Below, in pieces: positions 1 to 9,792 of a DNA stretch of 64,000 nucleotides. A program made the translations under genes and the position numbers. Source of the stretch: Gammaproteobacteria bacterium (lineage in GTDB: Bacteria; Pseudomonadota; Gammaproteobacteria; Eutrophobiales; Eutrophobiaceae); NCBI GenBank assembly GCA_965222155.1, contig CBDCTH010000012.1, forward strand, positions 3,328,001 through 3,392,000, read 5' to 3'. The notes beneath the pieces are model-generated. The model made no database searches. It saw nothing but the letters and a program-made list of their open reading frames with translations, and was not told the origin of the DNA. Numbering within the stretch: position 1 is the stretch's first letter; each line of letters starts with the position of its first letter.

Positions 1-55
1 ATAGACACAACCCGGTAAACCTGGATGCGTTTCCATGTGCGATCATTTGTTTCAA

Positions 56-1912
56 TCACTCATCATCACTGATGTAGTCAAGCAGGTTGGTATGGGTAAC
101 CGCTTGTCTGTCGTGAGAACCCACCAGGGTAGTGACGTCCATCCCGTGGGCCTTGATCCCTTCAGCCAGGGATACCGCCGAGTGGAAGGGAAGGATATTC
201 GCCGGTCGTTTCTTTCCCGCGCGCAGGTCTCGCGCCAAGCCGCTGACATAAAGGTCCCCCGCGTAGATAAGCTTCTCATTATCAACGAGCAAATACAGCA
301 TGTCCGAGACGTGTCCCATCTCCAGCGGATAGACGGTCACCGGTTGTAACGCGTCATCGATGCGATAGGGTTCCTCACTCGAAACGCCCACTATTTTCGC
401 TGTCGCGGGATTACGGTCCAATGCATCCTGCAACACCGTGGAAGGCGGACGAGATGTTTGAGCCTCGAAAAAATCGACTGCCGCTTCATGAACCACCAGT
501 GTCGCTCCGACAGCAGCGTAGGGGCGTACGCCTGCTCCGTGGTCGTTGTGATGATGGGAAACAATCAAATGGCTGATGGGTTTGTCCGGAAAGTGCTCTC
601 CAATCCAGGCGATGATCTCCTCGCCTTTCAGATCATTTTGTCCCGGTTCCATTACTACTATGCCATTCCCCTGTTCGACAACAAATGTATAAATTCCGTC
701 AATCGGGGACGCATAAAGGAGATACAGACCGGGGCTGAGTTCGATGGATTCGATGTCGGGTCTACCAACCCCGGCAAAGCCGAACATCAGCAGAGACTGG
801 CTGAGCCGTCGGGCCCGTGCGGCAATCTCCTTATTATGCTGGTATTCGATACCTTCGGGCGGAGTGAAGGCAGTACCGAAGTCCGGATTGACAGCCGCTT
901 CGCTTCGATTCACGTCTATACGCGGCGCTCCGCCAATCGACATTTGAAGCCGGTTGGGAAAATAGACCCCATCTATCGCCTGCCAATCGTGATAGTTGAC
1001 CTCCAAGGGTACATCACCATAGACGACATCCCATTCCATGGTCCTGAGTTTGCTGATGTGTCCCGTTTCCCTGTCGATAAACAGCGTGATCGGAAATACC
1101 TCATCTTCAATAACAAGCCGATGGTGAGCTGCCTCATCGATTTGCGTGCTTTCATGCCAGCGGCTGAGCCAGTCGTTGTCAACCTGGGTTTTTTCAACCA
1201 TGAGTTCGTGAAAACGGGTGTCTTGAGACCGCTGCAGCCATTCGTCGGTAACAATGAGCGTGCGTTTTCCCGTCTGTCTGACCCGATCAATCGTCACCGG
1301 GAAAACGTCAGCATCAGTGAACAAGCGACCTGTCGGCTGATCAGCATCTGCCGAGGCCAGGGTCGCTGACGAGGGATCGTTCAATACTTCCTTGAGGAGC
1401 ATATGCGGGTTGAGGAGCCGCTCAGTCTTGATCGTCCCGGCAATTTTGTCCGGGGTGGACGGTTTATCCTTTCTTTTCAGGATTCCCAGGAAGTCGTCTT
1501 CGTTCAGGTACCCTGATTGTCCAATGATGAGCTGGATACTCTCGCGCTTGTTGTAGCCGCCGCCCCTGGCAGGAAAGCTCGAAGTCGTATCAAGACGCAT
1601 CTGCCGTCCGGCGAGATCATGTCTGACTCTGACCGACGCTGGCAGAAGTTTCATGAGGCCGTGACCCGGCTCCGGCCCCTGTCCCATGATATGGTAATCC
1701 CGCTGTTCCAGGGCGGAAAACCCATTCAGGTTCGCCAGCGCCTCTTCCCCGCCGATACCACTCACGGCCAGGGCAATGACGTCTGATACGCCAGGCGATG
1801 CAGACCCGTTCGCAGTTTCTTCGGCTTTCTGGCAACCGGTTACGACAGAAAACACTGCCATGATCATCAGCACGCGCATCAAACCGTTCATTTTGTCAGT
1901 ATTTATGAACAT
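56..1912 (-). CDS. Exported lipoprotein with C-terminal MBL-fold metallo-hydrolase domain
   Basis: Lipobox-like VTGC after a hydrophobic stretch; SHHHNDH and GSH metal motifs; GGAGG RBS upstream of ATG at 1912. Confidence 0.75.
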   Translation of the reverse strand: MFINTDKMNGLMRVLMIMAVFSVVTGCQKAEETANGSASPGVSDVIALAVSGIGGEEALANLNGFSALEQRDYHIMGQGPEPGHGLMKLLPASVRVRHDLAGRQMRLDTTSSFPARGGGYNKRESIQLIIGQSGYLNEDDFLGILKRKDKPSTPDKIAGTIKTERLLNPHMLLKEVLNDPSSATLASADADQPTGRLFTDADVFPVTIDRVRQTGKRTLIVTDEWLQRSQDTRFHELMVEKTQVDNDWLSRWHESTQIDEAAHHRLVIEDEVFPITLFIDRETGHISKLRTMEWDVVYGDVPLEVNYHDWQAIDGVYFPNRLQMSIGGAPRIDVNRSEAAVNPDFGTAFTPPEGIEYQHNKEIAARARRLSQSLLMFGFAGVGRPDIESIELSPGLYLLYASPIDGIYTFVVEQGNGIVVMEPGQNDLKGEEIIAWIGEHFPDKPISHLIVSHHHNDHGAGVRPYAAVGATLVVHEAAVDFFEAQTSRPPSTVLQDALDRNPATAKIVGVSSEEPYRIDDALQPVTVYPLEMGHVSDMLYLLVDNEKLIYAGDLYVSGLARDLRAGKKRPANILPFHSAVSLAEGIKAHGMDVTTLVGSHDRQAVTHTNLLDYISDDE

Positions 1913-1996
1913 TTTTTCCTCCAGTGTTCGTTTCTTTGTTCCGTAGATCAACGGGTACGATGGAGCTGTCCCCGTTAACCGTACTTCGTACCTGTC

Positions 1997-2386
1997 TCAT
2001 ATCGAGGGTTTGATATTGGCGTTCAACTGCAGAAGGTTGCTTGGATCGTACTTGTTTTTCAGTTGTACCAATCGTTCATAGTTGCCCTGATAGGTCACTT
2101 TCACCTTATCCTGCTCTTCATCCATGATTTCGTTAACGTAAAAACTCTCAGCCGTAAATGGCTCCAGTGCGTCCCAATAGTCCCGCCCCCAATTTACAAA
2201 TTTCTCTGAATTCGCGGGGTCAAGCCAACTGGCGCCCACTTCCAGGTCCCACACCGCGTCGCGGTGCGGCCAGGCGGTCGCAGCGCGGGCTACCTGACCA
2301 ACGGCACCGCCAAAACGGACAAGCCGCATCGTATTAAATCTTCCGTCCGCATGATGCCAACGCTCCATGATGATATCGTTCATCAC
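1997..2386 (-). pseudogene. C-terminal (BBE domain) fragment of FAD-linked oxidase
   Basis: GGAV..AWPHR..NYERLVQLKNKYDPSN resembles the C-terminus of the 9793-11286 product; in-frame stop just upstream; no FAD-binding domain. Confidence 0.75.
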
Positions 2387-2597
2387 AGGGTCGAAGTTGT
2401 TACCGCGGGAGTGTCCGGGCTACTGGGCGCAATTCTCCTTTGGCTTGGGCTCAGGCCATTTCAGGCGGAGGCTGCCGTTCACTTGCGATCCAAATCAGAC
2501 TGAAAAGTTTACGAAAACTTTTTTTGCCACCTACAAAAACCCTGTATTTGTCTGGATTCCATGGCTGTTCAGGCGTTAACGGGAATTGCTGGCAGAA

Positions 2598-3851
2598 TTA
2601 CCACATCAGGTCGAACGGGACGGCCCACAGGGTGTCGTCGAACGGGATAACTTTATTGCCACGGTAGAGCACTACTCCACAAATAAAATCCGTTCCGGTA
2701 TGTGCGCGTAATTCCATCAAGCCCTTGAAGTCCGCGTGGACAACGGAGTCGCGCCCCTTGACTTCGATAGCGGAAAGGGCGCCATTTGGACGCTCCAATA
2801 CAAAATCCACTTCTTTTCCGTCACTTGTTCTGAAATGATGCAAGCCGATCAACTCATCCGATGCGGCCAATTGCTTCAGGAGTTCGCTCGCCACGAAGTT
2901 TTCCAGAATATGCCCGAAGACGTGGGGATCGCTGAGCGCAATTTTTTCAAGGTTGACCTGTCGCAGGTGACAGAGAAGGGAGGTATCGACGATGTAGCCC
3001 TTTCTTGACTTGACCAGCCGCTTTCCTATATTTCTGAACCACGGCTTGACATCGAAAGTCAGGAACATCATTTGCAGCAGTACGCGATAATTCCTGGTCG
3101 TTACCGCATTTTGTCCAATGTCACGGGCAATGTCGGCTTCATTGACAAGTCCGCCCGCCCTGCTTGCCAAAACCCGTAACAGGTTCGGCAGCACCCCCAG
3201 TTTTGCTATATACGCAAGCTGACGGACATCCCTTTGCAATATAGTCGTGATATAGCTTTCGAACCATTGCCGGCGCCTGCTATCATCCTGGTCCGTTATC
3301 TCTGGAAAAGTTGCCCGCTTGATAACGTTTACCAGGGACATTTTCCTGTTTATCGTGCGGGCATTGAAACTGTTGTTCATCAAGTGCCAAAGGAATCCGC
3401 CCTTGCCGTTGGTTACCTCCAGTGCTGAAAGTGGATAAAGGGTAAGAACGCTCATCCTGCCAACCAGCGCTTCAGAAAGTTCAGGCAGCGCCATGATATT
3501 AGCCGATCCGGTTAGAAGATAGCGACCATTGGCGCTGGCTTTATCGGCGAACCTTCCCTCATCAGCCAGCATCTTTAGAAAGCGAAACAGGCCGCGAACC
3601 AGTTGTGCCTCATCAAGAATCAGGCGCCCTTCATAGGCGCGCAGGAAACTTTCGGGGTTGGCTTCTGCCGCACCCAGCATGGTCGCTTCATCAAAGGTGA
3701 CATATTCGGCGGGCCACTCCCTGGCCGCAAGACTCTGCACCAGCGTACTCTTCCCGGCCTGTCGGGGTCCGTTGACGTACACTACCGGAAATCCCTGTAG
3801 TGCATCCAGGATATTTCGACCCAATTGCCGCTTTATCATGGCGTCGATCAC
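2598..3851 (-). CDS. AAA+ ATPase with DUF4143 domain
   Basis: GPRQAGKS Walker A, LILDEAQ Walker B, LTGSA, and C-terminal EVDFV...IEVK nuclease-like motif. Confidence 0.9.
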   Translation of the reverse strand: MIDAMIKRQLGRNILDALQGFPVVYVNGPRQAGKSTLVQSLAAREWPAEYVTFDEATMLGAAEANPESFLRAYEGRLILDEAQLVRGLFRFLKMLADEGRFADKASANGRYLLTGSANIMALPELSEALVGRMSVLTLYPLSALEVTNGKGGFLWHLMNNSFNARTINRKMSLVNVIKRATFPEITDQDDSRRRQWFESYITTILQRDVRQLAYIAKLGVLPNLLRVLASRAGGLVNEADIARDIGQNAVTTRNYRVLLQMMFLTFDVKPWFRNIGKRLVKSRKGYIVDTSLLCHLRQVNLEKIALSDPHVFGHILENFVASELLKQLAASDELIGLHHFRTSDGKEVDFVLERPNGALSAIEVKGRDSVVHADFKGLMELRAHTGTDFICGVVLYRGNKVIPFDDTLWAVPFDLMW

Positions 3852-3939
3852 TCACTTAAATTTTGTAAAAATAAATATGCCCTATATAAATACAAAAAGC
3901 AACTTTTATATCTACAAACAATTAGCGTTTAAACTGTTA

Positions 3940-4531
3940 ACCCGCATTTCTCACCAGTTCGCTTGTCGTCATCGGCTAGTTGTTTGCTGTCAATACGTTA
4001 TGATAATCTGCTCACTATATCAACATAACAGATTGCGCTTGATGCGTTCATTGCGCACATCCATGTACGCAACCCTGCGGGCGGCTGTTGCCGTGCAAAT
4101 CGGCTATCCTGCCGATTTGTCTCGCTTGTCTTTTTGCTGCGCTCCATCCCCCTGCTCAACTCCATACAGAGCCTGCCCCTGCGGTTGTAAGCAGGGGGGC
4201 AGGCTCTGGAGCGCCCCCTTCGGGCACTCTTCGAGTGTCCAAATCCATTCCAGATGGATTTGTGCCGCCAGCGGGCACGTGTTCATTGCGCCCATCCCCC
4301 TGCTCAACTCCATACAGAGCTTGCCCCTGCGGTTGTAAGCAGGGGGGCAGGCTCTGGGCGCAACCCTGCGGGCGGCTGTCGCCGTGCAAATTGTCTGTCC
4401 TGACAATTTGTCCCTCAACCGTAGCTACGGCTATGCTTTCGGTCCCCGTATCAAGTACGGGGCAGGCTCCGGCACCCGCTGGCGGCAAAAATCCGGCGCG
4501 ATCATCGCATCAACTGGTAAGAAATGCGGGC
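3940..4531. mobile_element. Non-autonomous MITE-like element containing nested REP-like palindromes
   Basis: Terminal inverted repeats acccgcatttctcaccagtt / aactggtaagaaatgcgggc flanked by TA; related inverted copy at 37621-37921. Confidence 0.75.
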
Positions 4532-5517
4532 TAACGGAGAATTTTCATCTCTTCAATAGGGCCGTTTCCTATCCGGGTACCCTCTGCGTAGGTTACTTCA
4601 AGCCACATACATCCTGAATTCGTCACCGGACCCGTATCCCATCTCCATATACTTCTTGGTGGCTGATCAATAAAAAAATCTTTGGTAATCGTCATATTCC
4701 TACCGGCGTCATCAGGGCCGTCCGACATCAGAACTTTCATATCGCCGTATAAAACGTAGATGAACCGCTGCGCTTTCTCGAAATAAGTTTTTTCAGGCGC
4801 GCGTGGATGTGTCCAGCCAGGTGGCGCGTAACGCAGCCTGGCCCGAAAGCCCCCTTGCCAATCATCGCTCAGCCACTTGACACTTACACCGGGAAGTTCC
4901 ACGTCTTCCTCCCATTCCATCGCCTCGGTGGTTGCCGTGTCCTGAAAATGGGCGTTAGTAAATTGTTTCACCTCGCGCCACTCATCACTGTAAATTTTAC
5001 TGTTCGGATTCAGGCTGATCGTCTTTCCACCTTCGGCGAAGAGTAATTGTAATGAGCCAGGGGTCACTTTCTGCCGCTGCATGGCGTCGGCGCGATTGCC
5101 GTGAACACTGTAAGCGGGTCGATCCATCCAGGTCCCGGGCCGCATATCGACCAGTGTCCCCATGGTTTGTTCCGGGCTGACGAATTCATAAAGAATAAAA
5201 TCTCCTTCGAGCACATAGCCCCATTCATGGAAGTCATGGTAATGGCGATCTTTGGTTTCAGCGTCCCAACCGGGTGAAAATTGAACATAGAACATAATTG
5301 CGCCGCTATCGTTCCTGTAAAGCAGTTTGCTGGTTGATGTTCCCTTTTTTCCCATGCGGAAGCGGTCGTCCCATTCCAATGCGTTGACATCAACAACCTG
5401 TAATGTCTTCCAGTCTGCCGAGGTTTCCTTATCCTGTGCTTGTACATTGCTGGATGTGAGGATGCAGAACAACAAGCTCATGCAAATTGTGATACCCGAC
5501 GGGACAATATTTTTCAT
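4531..5517 (-). CDS. Secreted bicupin-like protein (DUF4437-like)
   Basis: Signal peptide; HYHDFHEWGYVLEG...PAYSVHG cupin motifs; paralog at 8622-9647. Confidence 0.65.
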   Translation of the reverse strand: MKNIVPSGITICMSLLFCILTSSNVQAQDKETSADWKTLQVVDVNALEWDDRFRMGKKGTSTSKLLYRNDSGAIMFYVQFSPGWDAETKDRHYHDFHEWGYVLEGDFILYEFVSPEQTMGTLVDMRPGTWMDRPAYSVHGNRADAMQRQKVTPGSLQLLFAEGGKTISLNPNSKIYSDEWREVKQFTNAHFQDTATTEAMEWEEDVELPGVSVKWLSDDWQGGFRARLRYAPPGWTHPRAPEKTYFEKAQRFIYVLYGDMKVLMSDGPDDAGRNMTITKDFFIDQPPRSIWRWDTGPVTNSGCMWLEVTYAEGTRIGNGPIEEMKILR

Positions 5518-5587
5518 GAGGAAGGCCCTGTATTCTGTGTTTGTTATTTCCTGGAGAACTTATCTCATCTTGACAACAGCTTGTAGC

Positions 5588-5601
5588 TTATCAGATGATA
5601 A
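5588..5601. promoter_or_regulatory. Palindromic operator candidate TTATCA-GA-TGATAA between divergent genes
   Basis: Palindrome 12 bp downstream of TTGACA (5570-5575); motif recurs at 17817, 24719 and 42823. Confidence 0.6.
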
Positions 5602-5673
5602 ATAAAGAATATAATAATAGATTACAATCGATAAACCGAGCGAAAAAAGAGCACAGTGTAATTCAGAATATCT

Positions 5674-7254
5674 ATGGCTGACCTGAAAAAATTAAGGCGA
5701 AGAGAAATAATCAAATTTGCCGCGTTAGGGGCTGGAGTGGGCGCCTTGGGTGGTTTGAGTGGCAAACAAATCCGGGCCGCTGATGACAATGATAAAGTCC
5801 GGCTCGACATCCCTGATGCTGTTGTCGACATACTGATTGTCGGCGCCGGCAATGCCGGGATGCCGGCCGCGATCCAGGCAGCCGATCTTGGCGCCAAGGT
5901 CTTGCTGCTGGATAAAAATCCTTTTGTCGGCGGAATGTTGAACATCTCGGGTGGCCATATAAGCGGCGCCGACAGTAAAGTTCAGATCGCCAAAGGCATC
6001 GAGGATTCCCCTGCGTCGCATTATCGGGACGCCATGCGCATGGGCAGGTACAGGAATAACTCCGAGTTATTGAAGATTGCCGTTGAAAATGCGGCGGCGA
6101 TGATCGACTGGCTGGTTAAAATCGGTGTCGAATTCACACCTGAATCGCCTTTTCTCGAAGACGACCATGACCATTACAGTGCGCCGCGTACGTATGTGGG
6201 ACCTGACTATGCGCGGTCGCTTTTAGGACCCTTCTGGACAGAGTTGGAAAAACGTATCGAGCGAGGTGATGTAACGCTGCGACTGAATACCCGGGTCACA
6301 AGACTCATCAGGGATGATGCCGGCAAGATTATCGGCGTCGCAGTTGTTGATGGCGCCGGGAACAGTTCCAGGCTGATGGCGAAAGCAGTGATTCTGGCAA
6401 CGGGCGGTTACGGGGCCAGTGAAGAATTGAAGGAAAAATATAACCGGAAGATCGCAAAATCCAAGGTGATCTGTCTGTCACATGCGACCGGAGATGGCAT
6501 AGTCATGGCTGAACAGGTTGGCGCGAATTTGACTAACATGGACATTTTTATCTCCTTCCCGGGCACCGTAAAGGGTGCGTCCGGGCGCTTGCAACACCCC
6601 CCCGATCACTATATTGACGGCATTTGGGTTAACCAACAAGGTTTGCGGTTTGTTAATGAACACGCCGACAGTCCCGATGAAAGAGAGAGAGCCTTTCTTG
6701 AGCAAGCCGACTTAGGTTTCTTTTACGTCTTTGATGAGAGGATAAAGAATCGTGATAATCCGGGCGGACTGGATTGGACCCAAGAGCAACTGCGGCGTGA
6801 AATTTCGCGTGGGGTTGTCAAGAAAGCAGCGTCGATTCGGCAACTTGCTGCCAGGATCGGTGTCAATGCAAATCGCCTGAGCCGGACGGTCACAAAATAT
6901 AACAATTTTGTGACACGCGGTGTCGATGAAGAATTTAACAGGGTGAAGTTAGGCGATAAACTCACTCATAGGCCATTTTACAGTATTCCGATAACCGGCA
7001 GTATATTGATTTCTCATGGCGGGGTTTCAGTAAACCATTCACTACAGGTAACCGACAATAACGCTAAGGTGATTCCCGATCTTTACGCGGTTGGGGAAAC
7101 ATTGGGCTGCGCTCAAATGATGGGAAACGCAGTCTTGAGTGGAATGAGTGTCGGACCCGCGATCACTTTGGGGCGTATTGCGGCGAGAAATGCCTGTCAA
7201 TATGCACAATACCAGCAAGATCAAACCCAGGTTTGTGCGGAATCCAGCGCTTGA
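5674..7254 (+). CDS. Tat-exported FAD-dependent oxidoreductase (flavocytochrome c/fumarate reductase flavoprotein family)
   Basis: RRREIIK twin-arginine leader; GAGNAG FAD motif; ILATGGY; LYAVGE. Confidence 0.85.
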   Translation: MADLKKLRRREIIKFAALGAGVGALGGLSGKQIRAADDNDKVRLDIPDAVVDILIVGAGNAGMPAAIQAADLGAKVLLLDKNPFVGGMLNISGGHISGADSKVQIAKGIEDSPASHYRDAMRMGRYRNNSELLKIAVENAAAMIDWLVKIGVEFTPESPFLEDDHDHYSAPRTYVGPDYARSLLGPFWTELEKRIERGDVTLRLNTRVTRLIRDDAGKIIGVAVVDGAGNSSRLMAKAVILATGGYGASEELKEKYNRKIAKSKVICLSHATGDGIVMAEQVGANLTNMDIFISFPGTVKGASGRLQHPPDHYIDGIWVNQQGLRFVNEHADSPDERERAFLEQADLGFFYVFDERIKNRDNPGGLDWTQEQLRREISRGVVKKAASIRQLAARIGVNANRLSRTVTKYNNFVTRGVDEEFNRVKLGDKLTHRPFYSIPITGSILISHGGVSVNHSLQVTDNNAKVIPDLYAVGETLGCAQMMGNAVLSGMSVGPAITLGRIAARNACQYAQYQQDQTQVCAESSA

Positions 7255-7276
7255 ATCTCAGCCCTGCAATCTACCT

Positions 7277-8680
7277 GTGAGTATTCTTTCCTTATCCGCC
7301 GCCGACTTCAGCCTGGAACTAGACGTTGCTGTCATCGGCGCAGGCGCCTGCGGGTTATGCGCCGGTTTGGCCGCCAGACAGGCAGGCTCCGAAGTGTTGA
7401 TTCTCGAGCGGGATCCCAGTCCGCTGGGAACAACTGCAATGTCGACCGGACTGATACCGGGAGCCGGGACGTCATTTCAGCAAGCCGCAGGAATCCACGA
7501 CACGGCCGAACAGTTTGCACACGATGTTTGTGCAAAGACGGGTTTCAGGACAGATGAGAAAATCGTCCTGGCGCTCGCCAGGGAATCGGCCGCCACCATT
7601 GAATGGCTGGTCAATAATCAAAAAGTCCCTTTGTCCCTGGTCGACAGCTTTCTTTACCCGGGTCATTCGGTGATGCGTATGCACGGCACGCCAAATCGAA
7701 CCGGCTCCGAACTCATGGGCAGCCTGTGCAACGCGGCAGACAGGGCAGGCGTCGATATCCTCACCGAAGCATGTGCTACCGACCTGTTCGCTGATGAAGA
7801 TGGTCGCGTGCATGGGGTACGTTGTCGGAGGCCGGATGGTAAATATGAGGATTTAGCCTGCCGCGCTCTCATCCTCGCCTGCTGTGGCTTTGCCGGAAAC
7901 CCGGAAATGGTCAGCAGGTATATTCCCGAAATTGAGAATGGCGAGTTCTTTGGTCATCCGGGCAACAAAGGTGACGCGCTGCTCTGGGGCGAGGCGCTTG
8001 GCGCTGCGGTTGCCGACATGAGCGCATACCAGGGACATGCCGGCCTGGCAAAAGGTTACGGGATCCCGATTTTGTGGCCTACTATCGTCGAGGGCGGCAT
8101 CCAGGTCAATCAACAAGGCCGGCGTTTCTCCAATGAGGCGCGCGGTTACTCGGAACAGGCAGTCGATGTTCTTCGCCAACAGGATGCTGTCGCATGGACA
8201 TTTTACGATGAAAAACGCCATGAACTGATGCTGGAATTCGATGATTATCAGGATGCCATCTCGGCCGGCGCGATTCGATGCGGCGAATCCCTGGAAGCAA
8301 TTTGCGAGCAGACAAATTTACCTATCGATGCGCTGACGGAAACTCTGGCGGAAATTACCGGGTTGGTCGATAGTGATTCTACTGACAGCTTTGGAAGGAG
8401 TTTCAAGGGCAAGCACGTTCTGACCGCGCCCTTCTACGCGGTCAAGGTGACCGGCGCCCTGTTTCATACGCAGGGTGGCCTGAAGGTTGACGAAAACGGC
8501 CGCGTACTACGACCGGACGGCTCGCTATTTCCGAACCTCTACGCCGGCGGCGGCGCTGCCAGGGGCATATCCGGACCCGACGCATCCGGCTACCTGGCCG
8601 GAAACGGATTAATGACGGCGACTACCTTTGGTCGTCTCGCGGGGCTTGCGGCGGCTGCAAACGCGAGGGCGGCTCGATAG
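7277..8680 (+). CDS. FAD-dependent oxidoreductase (FAD_binding_2 family)
   Basis: VIGAGACG, HTQGGL and LYAGGG motifs; GTG start inferred. Confidence 0.85.
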   Translation: MSILSLSAADFSLELDVAVIGAGACGLCAGLAARQAGSEVLILERDPSPLGTTAMSTGLIPGAGTSFQQAAGIHDTAEQFAHDVCAKTGFRTDEKIVLALARESAATIEWLVNNQKVPLSLVDSFLYPGHSVMRMHGTPNRTGSELMGSLCNAADRAGVDILTEACATDLFADEDGRVHGVRCRRPDGKYEDLACRALILACCGFAGNPEMVSRYIPEIENGEFFGHPGNKGDALLWGEALGAAVADMSAYQGHAGLAKGYGIPILWPTIVEGGIQVNQQGRRFSNEARGYSEQAVDVLRQQDAVAWTFYDEKRHELMLEFDDYQDAISAGAIRCGESLEAICEQTNLPIDALTETLAEITGLVDSDSTDSFGRSFKGKHVLTAPFYAVKVTGALFHTQGGLKVDENGRVLRPDGSLFPNLYAGGGAARGISGPDASGYLAGNGLMTATTFGRLAGLAAAANARAAR

Positions 8681-9647
8681 GGCCGTGACCCACCCACGTG
8701 CCTTCGGCATAGGTAACTTCGAGCCACATCACGCCATTTTCCGTTAGCGGGCCTTCCTGCCAGGCCCAGATGCTCAACGGCGGCCGGTCGATGAAGTGGT
8801 CCTTCTTTACCAGGATGGTTTGATTGGCTTCGTTGGGACCGGCAGCTGTTCCTACTTTCAGGTCACCAAACAAGATGTAATAAAACCGTTGCGCCTTCTT
8901 GAAATAACTGCGTTGCGGCGCCTGTGGGTGTGACCAGCCGGGCGGCGCGTATCGAAGCACGGAGCGAAAACCGCCCTGCCAATCGTCGCTCAGCCATTTG
9001 ACGCTCACCCCCGGCAACTCTTTGTCTGCTTCCCATTCCATTTCCTCAGGGATTGCCGAGTGCTGAAAATGGGCATTGGTCCAATGTTTGACCTGTTTCC
9101 ATGAATCGTTATACCTGCGCGACTCCGGGTCCAAAGAGATCGTCTCGCCACCCGAGGCGAACGCCAGATGCACCGAGCTGGGCGGTATCTTCTGCCGCGC
9201 CATGACATCCGACCGATTGCCGTGAATACTGTATGCGGGTCTGTCCATCCAGGTGCCTGTTCGCATGCGCACCATAGAGCCCAGTTTTTGCACAGGACTG
9301 ACGAACTCATAATGTATGAAATTCCCTTCCAGCACATAGCCCCACTCGTGGAAGTCGTGATAATGCCAATCCTTCAAATAGGCATCCCAACCCGGGACAA
9401 TGTCCAGGTAAATCAAGGTGGCTCCATCCGCATTGGAATACAGCAGCTTCCCCTTACTCCTGCGGTGTTTGCCCATACGAAACCGGTCATCCCACTCCAG
9501 TGTCTTGACGTCTACCACATTCAGGGACTGCCAGACGCCATCAGACTCGTCTCCATGGACGGCAGTTGTAGTGGTGAAGAGGAGCAGGCAAAGTGACAGC
9601 GCCGTGCAGGCCAGGCGCAAGCATGGAATTCTATTCGGTTCAATCAT
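8622..9647 (-). CDS. Secreted bicupin-like protein (DUF4437-like), paralog of 4531-5517
   Basis: Shares long identical blocks with the paralog (HYHDFHEWGYVLEG, LPGVSVKWLSDDWQGGFR). Confidence 0.65.
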   Translation of the reverse strand: MIEPNRIPCLRLACTALSLCLLLFTTTTAVHGDESDGVWQSLNVVDVKTLEWDDRFRMGKHRRSKGKLLYSNADGATLIYLDIVPGWDAYLKDWHYHDFHEWGYVLEGNFIHYEFVSPVQKLGSMVRMRTGTWMDRPAYSIHGNRSDVMARQKIPPSSVHLAFASGGETISLDPESRRYNDSWKQVKHWTNAHFQHSAIPEEMEWEADKELPGVSVKWLSDDWQGGFRSVLRYAPPGWSHPQAPQRSYFKKAQRFYYILFGDLKVGTAAGPNEANQTILVKKDHFIDRPPLSIWAWQEGPLTENGVMWLEVTYAEGTWVGHGPIEPPSRLQPPQAPRDDQR

Positions 9648-9792
9648 GGTTTTGTCTTATCCTCGCTCTCATTTTAGCCCGGATATTGCACCAGATCGCT
9701 TGTCATAAACGGAAAGTCCAATGCTGTCAATGAGTTACTCACAGTTTATCACTTTCATCGCTGTCGTAAGCTGCGCTGGTTCAATATCCTGG

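Noticed and set aside
3940-4531. Repeats as a CRISPR array, or ORFs 4088-4534 as genes
   Set aside because: Irregular spacing, nested palindromes and TIRs indicate a MITE/REP element
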